A stretch of 64,000 nucleotides of DNA, taken from positions 381,413 through 445,412 of the forward strand of contig CAWHDP010000001.1 in assembly GCA_963828125.1 (NCBI GenBank), read 5' to 3'. Positions within the stretch are counted from its first letter, which is position 1, and each line of letters begins with the position of its first letter. The translations under genes were made by a program, and so were the position numbers. The stretch comes from an uncultured Chlamydiae bacterium (GTDB lineage: Bacteria > Chlamydiota > Chlamydiia > Chlamydiales > SM23-39). Below are positions 63,207 through 64,000 of the stretch, in pieces. The notes beneath the pieces were generated by a model that saw nothing but the letters and a program-made list of their open reading frames with translations, did not search any database and was not told the origin of the DNA.

Positions 63207-63250
63207 CTGATTAAGGGGGGCTTCTGGTTGCGTCATCTTAGCTAACTTTT

Positions 63251-64000
63251 CAGCAATTCCCGTTAAATAAATTTTCGCAATGAGGTAGACTCTTTTTTTA
63301 ACTATTTTTTCGCAAAGGTTAAGAAAAGGCTATGGGTATTCATTCCGTTGAGAAAAAGCAACTCTCCGCAACCGGGATGTTGCAAAAAGTGCGTTCTATT
63401 TTCGAAGAAGTTCCAGAACCACAAAAAAGTCCACGGGGCGTGAAAGCACGGATTCCCCTGTCAGACTGTTTGATGTCTGGGTTGGCTGTTTTCGGATTAA
63501 AATTCCCTTCCCTTCTTCAATTCGATGATTCTCAGGAAGAGGCAGCACTCAGACATAACCTCAAAACCCTTTACGGCGTCAATGACGCACCCTGCGACAC
63601 CTCTATGAGAGCGAGATTGGATGAGGTGGACCCAAGAGCTCTCAGGCCGGCTTTTACTTCTGTTTTTTCTCTCCTTCAACGAGGGAAGGTGTTGGATGAT
63701 TATAAAATCCTAGGTAAATATCTGGTGATTGCTTGCGATGGCACAGGAATGTTTTCCTCCAACACCGTTCATTGTGAGAACTGCTGTGAAAAACATCATA
63801 AGGATGGGCAGATCACCTATTATCACCAAATGCTGGGGGCTGTTGTAGTACATCCCGACCAGAAAGAAGTTTTTCCTCTATGTCCAGAACCCATTTCAAA
63901 AGCCGATGGATCTAGTAAGAACGATTGTGAACAGAATGCTATGAAACGACTTTTAGTAGACTTTCAGCGAGAACATCCTCGCCTCGAGGCGATTTTTACG
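63251..64000 (+). mobile_element. ISNCY/IS4-like element, transposase from 63332 (3'-partial)
   Basis: End CAGCAATTCCCG resembles the 28012 TIR; LMSGLAVFGLKFPSLL, DGTG, KNDCE. Confidence 0.82.

Overview
This is an accessory window with no housekeeping genes. The host is possibly a member of the Chlamydiota, inferred only from RHS tips and immunity proteins resembling families I recall from environmental chlamydiae. Its organising principle is a head-to-tail array of small integrative elements. Four copies of the 3' half of a tRNA(CAU) gene lie on the minus strand (26298, 45130, 52225, 63027). Three of them are directly followed by a divergent tyrosine integrase, and a fourth integrase lacks such a site. 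Element-specific direct repeats with 11-bp spacing sit about 80-120 bp from the cores and look like integrase arm sites. Cargo comprises three signal-peptide RHS toxins with immunity genes, orphan toxin-tip/immunity cassettes, a primase-like/helicase/DUF559 conflict gene and its decayed paralog, AAA+RloB, and phage-packaging remnants. The array is heavily invaded by IS elements: three copies of an IS66-like element carrying a 24-Cys CXC passenger gene, a DUF6399-type IS with ~106-bp TIRs, IS21, IS110, IS3, IS256, ISKra4-like and ISNCY-like pieces. It also holds a deleted group II intron. Positions 18.9-28.6 kb form a mosaic of short gene fragments. Family names come from motif recognition, not database searches.
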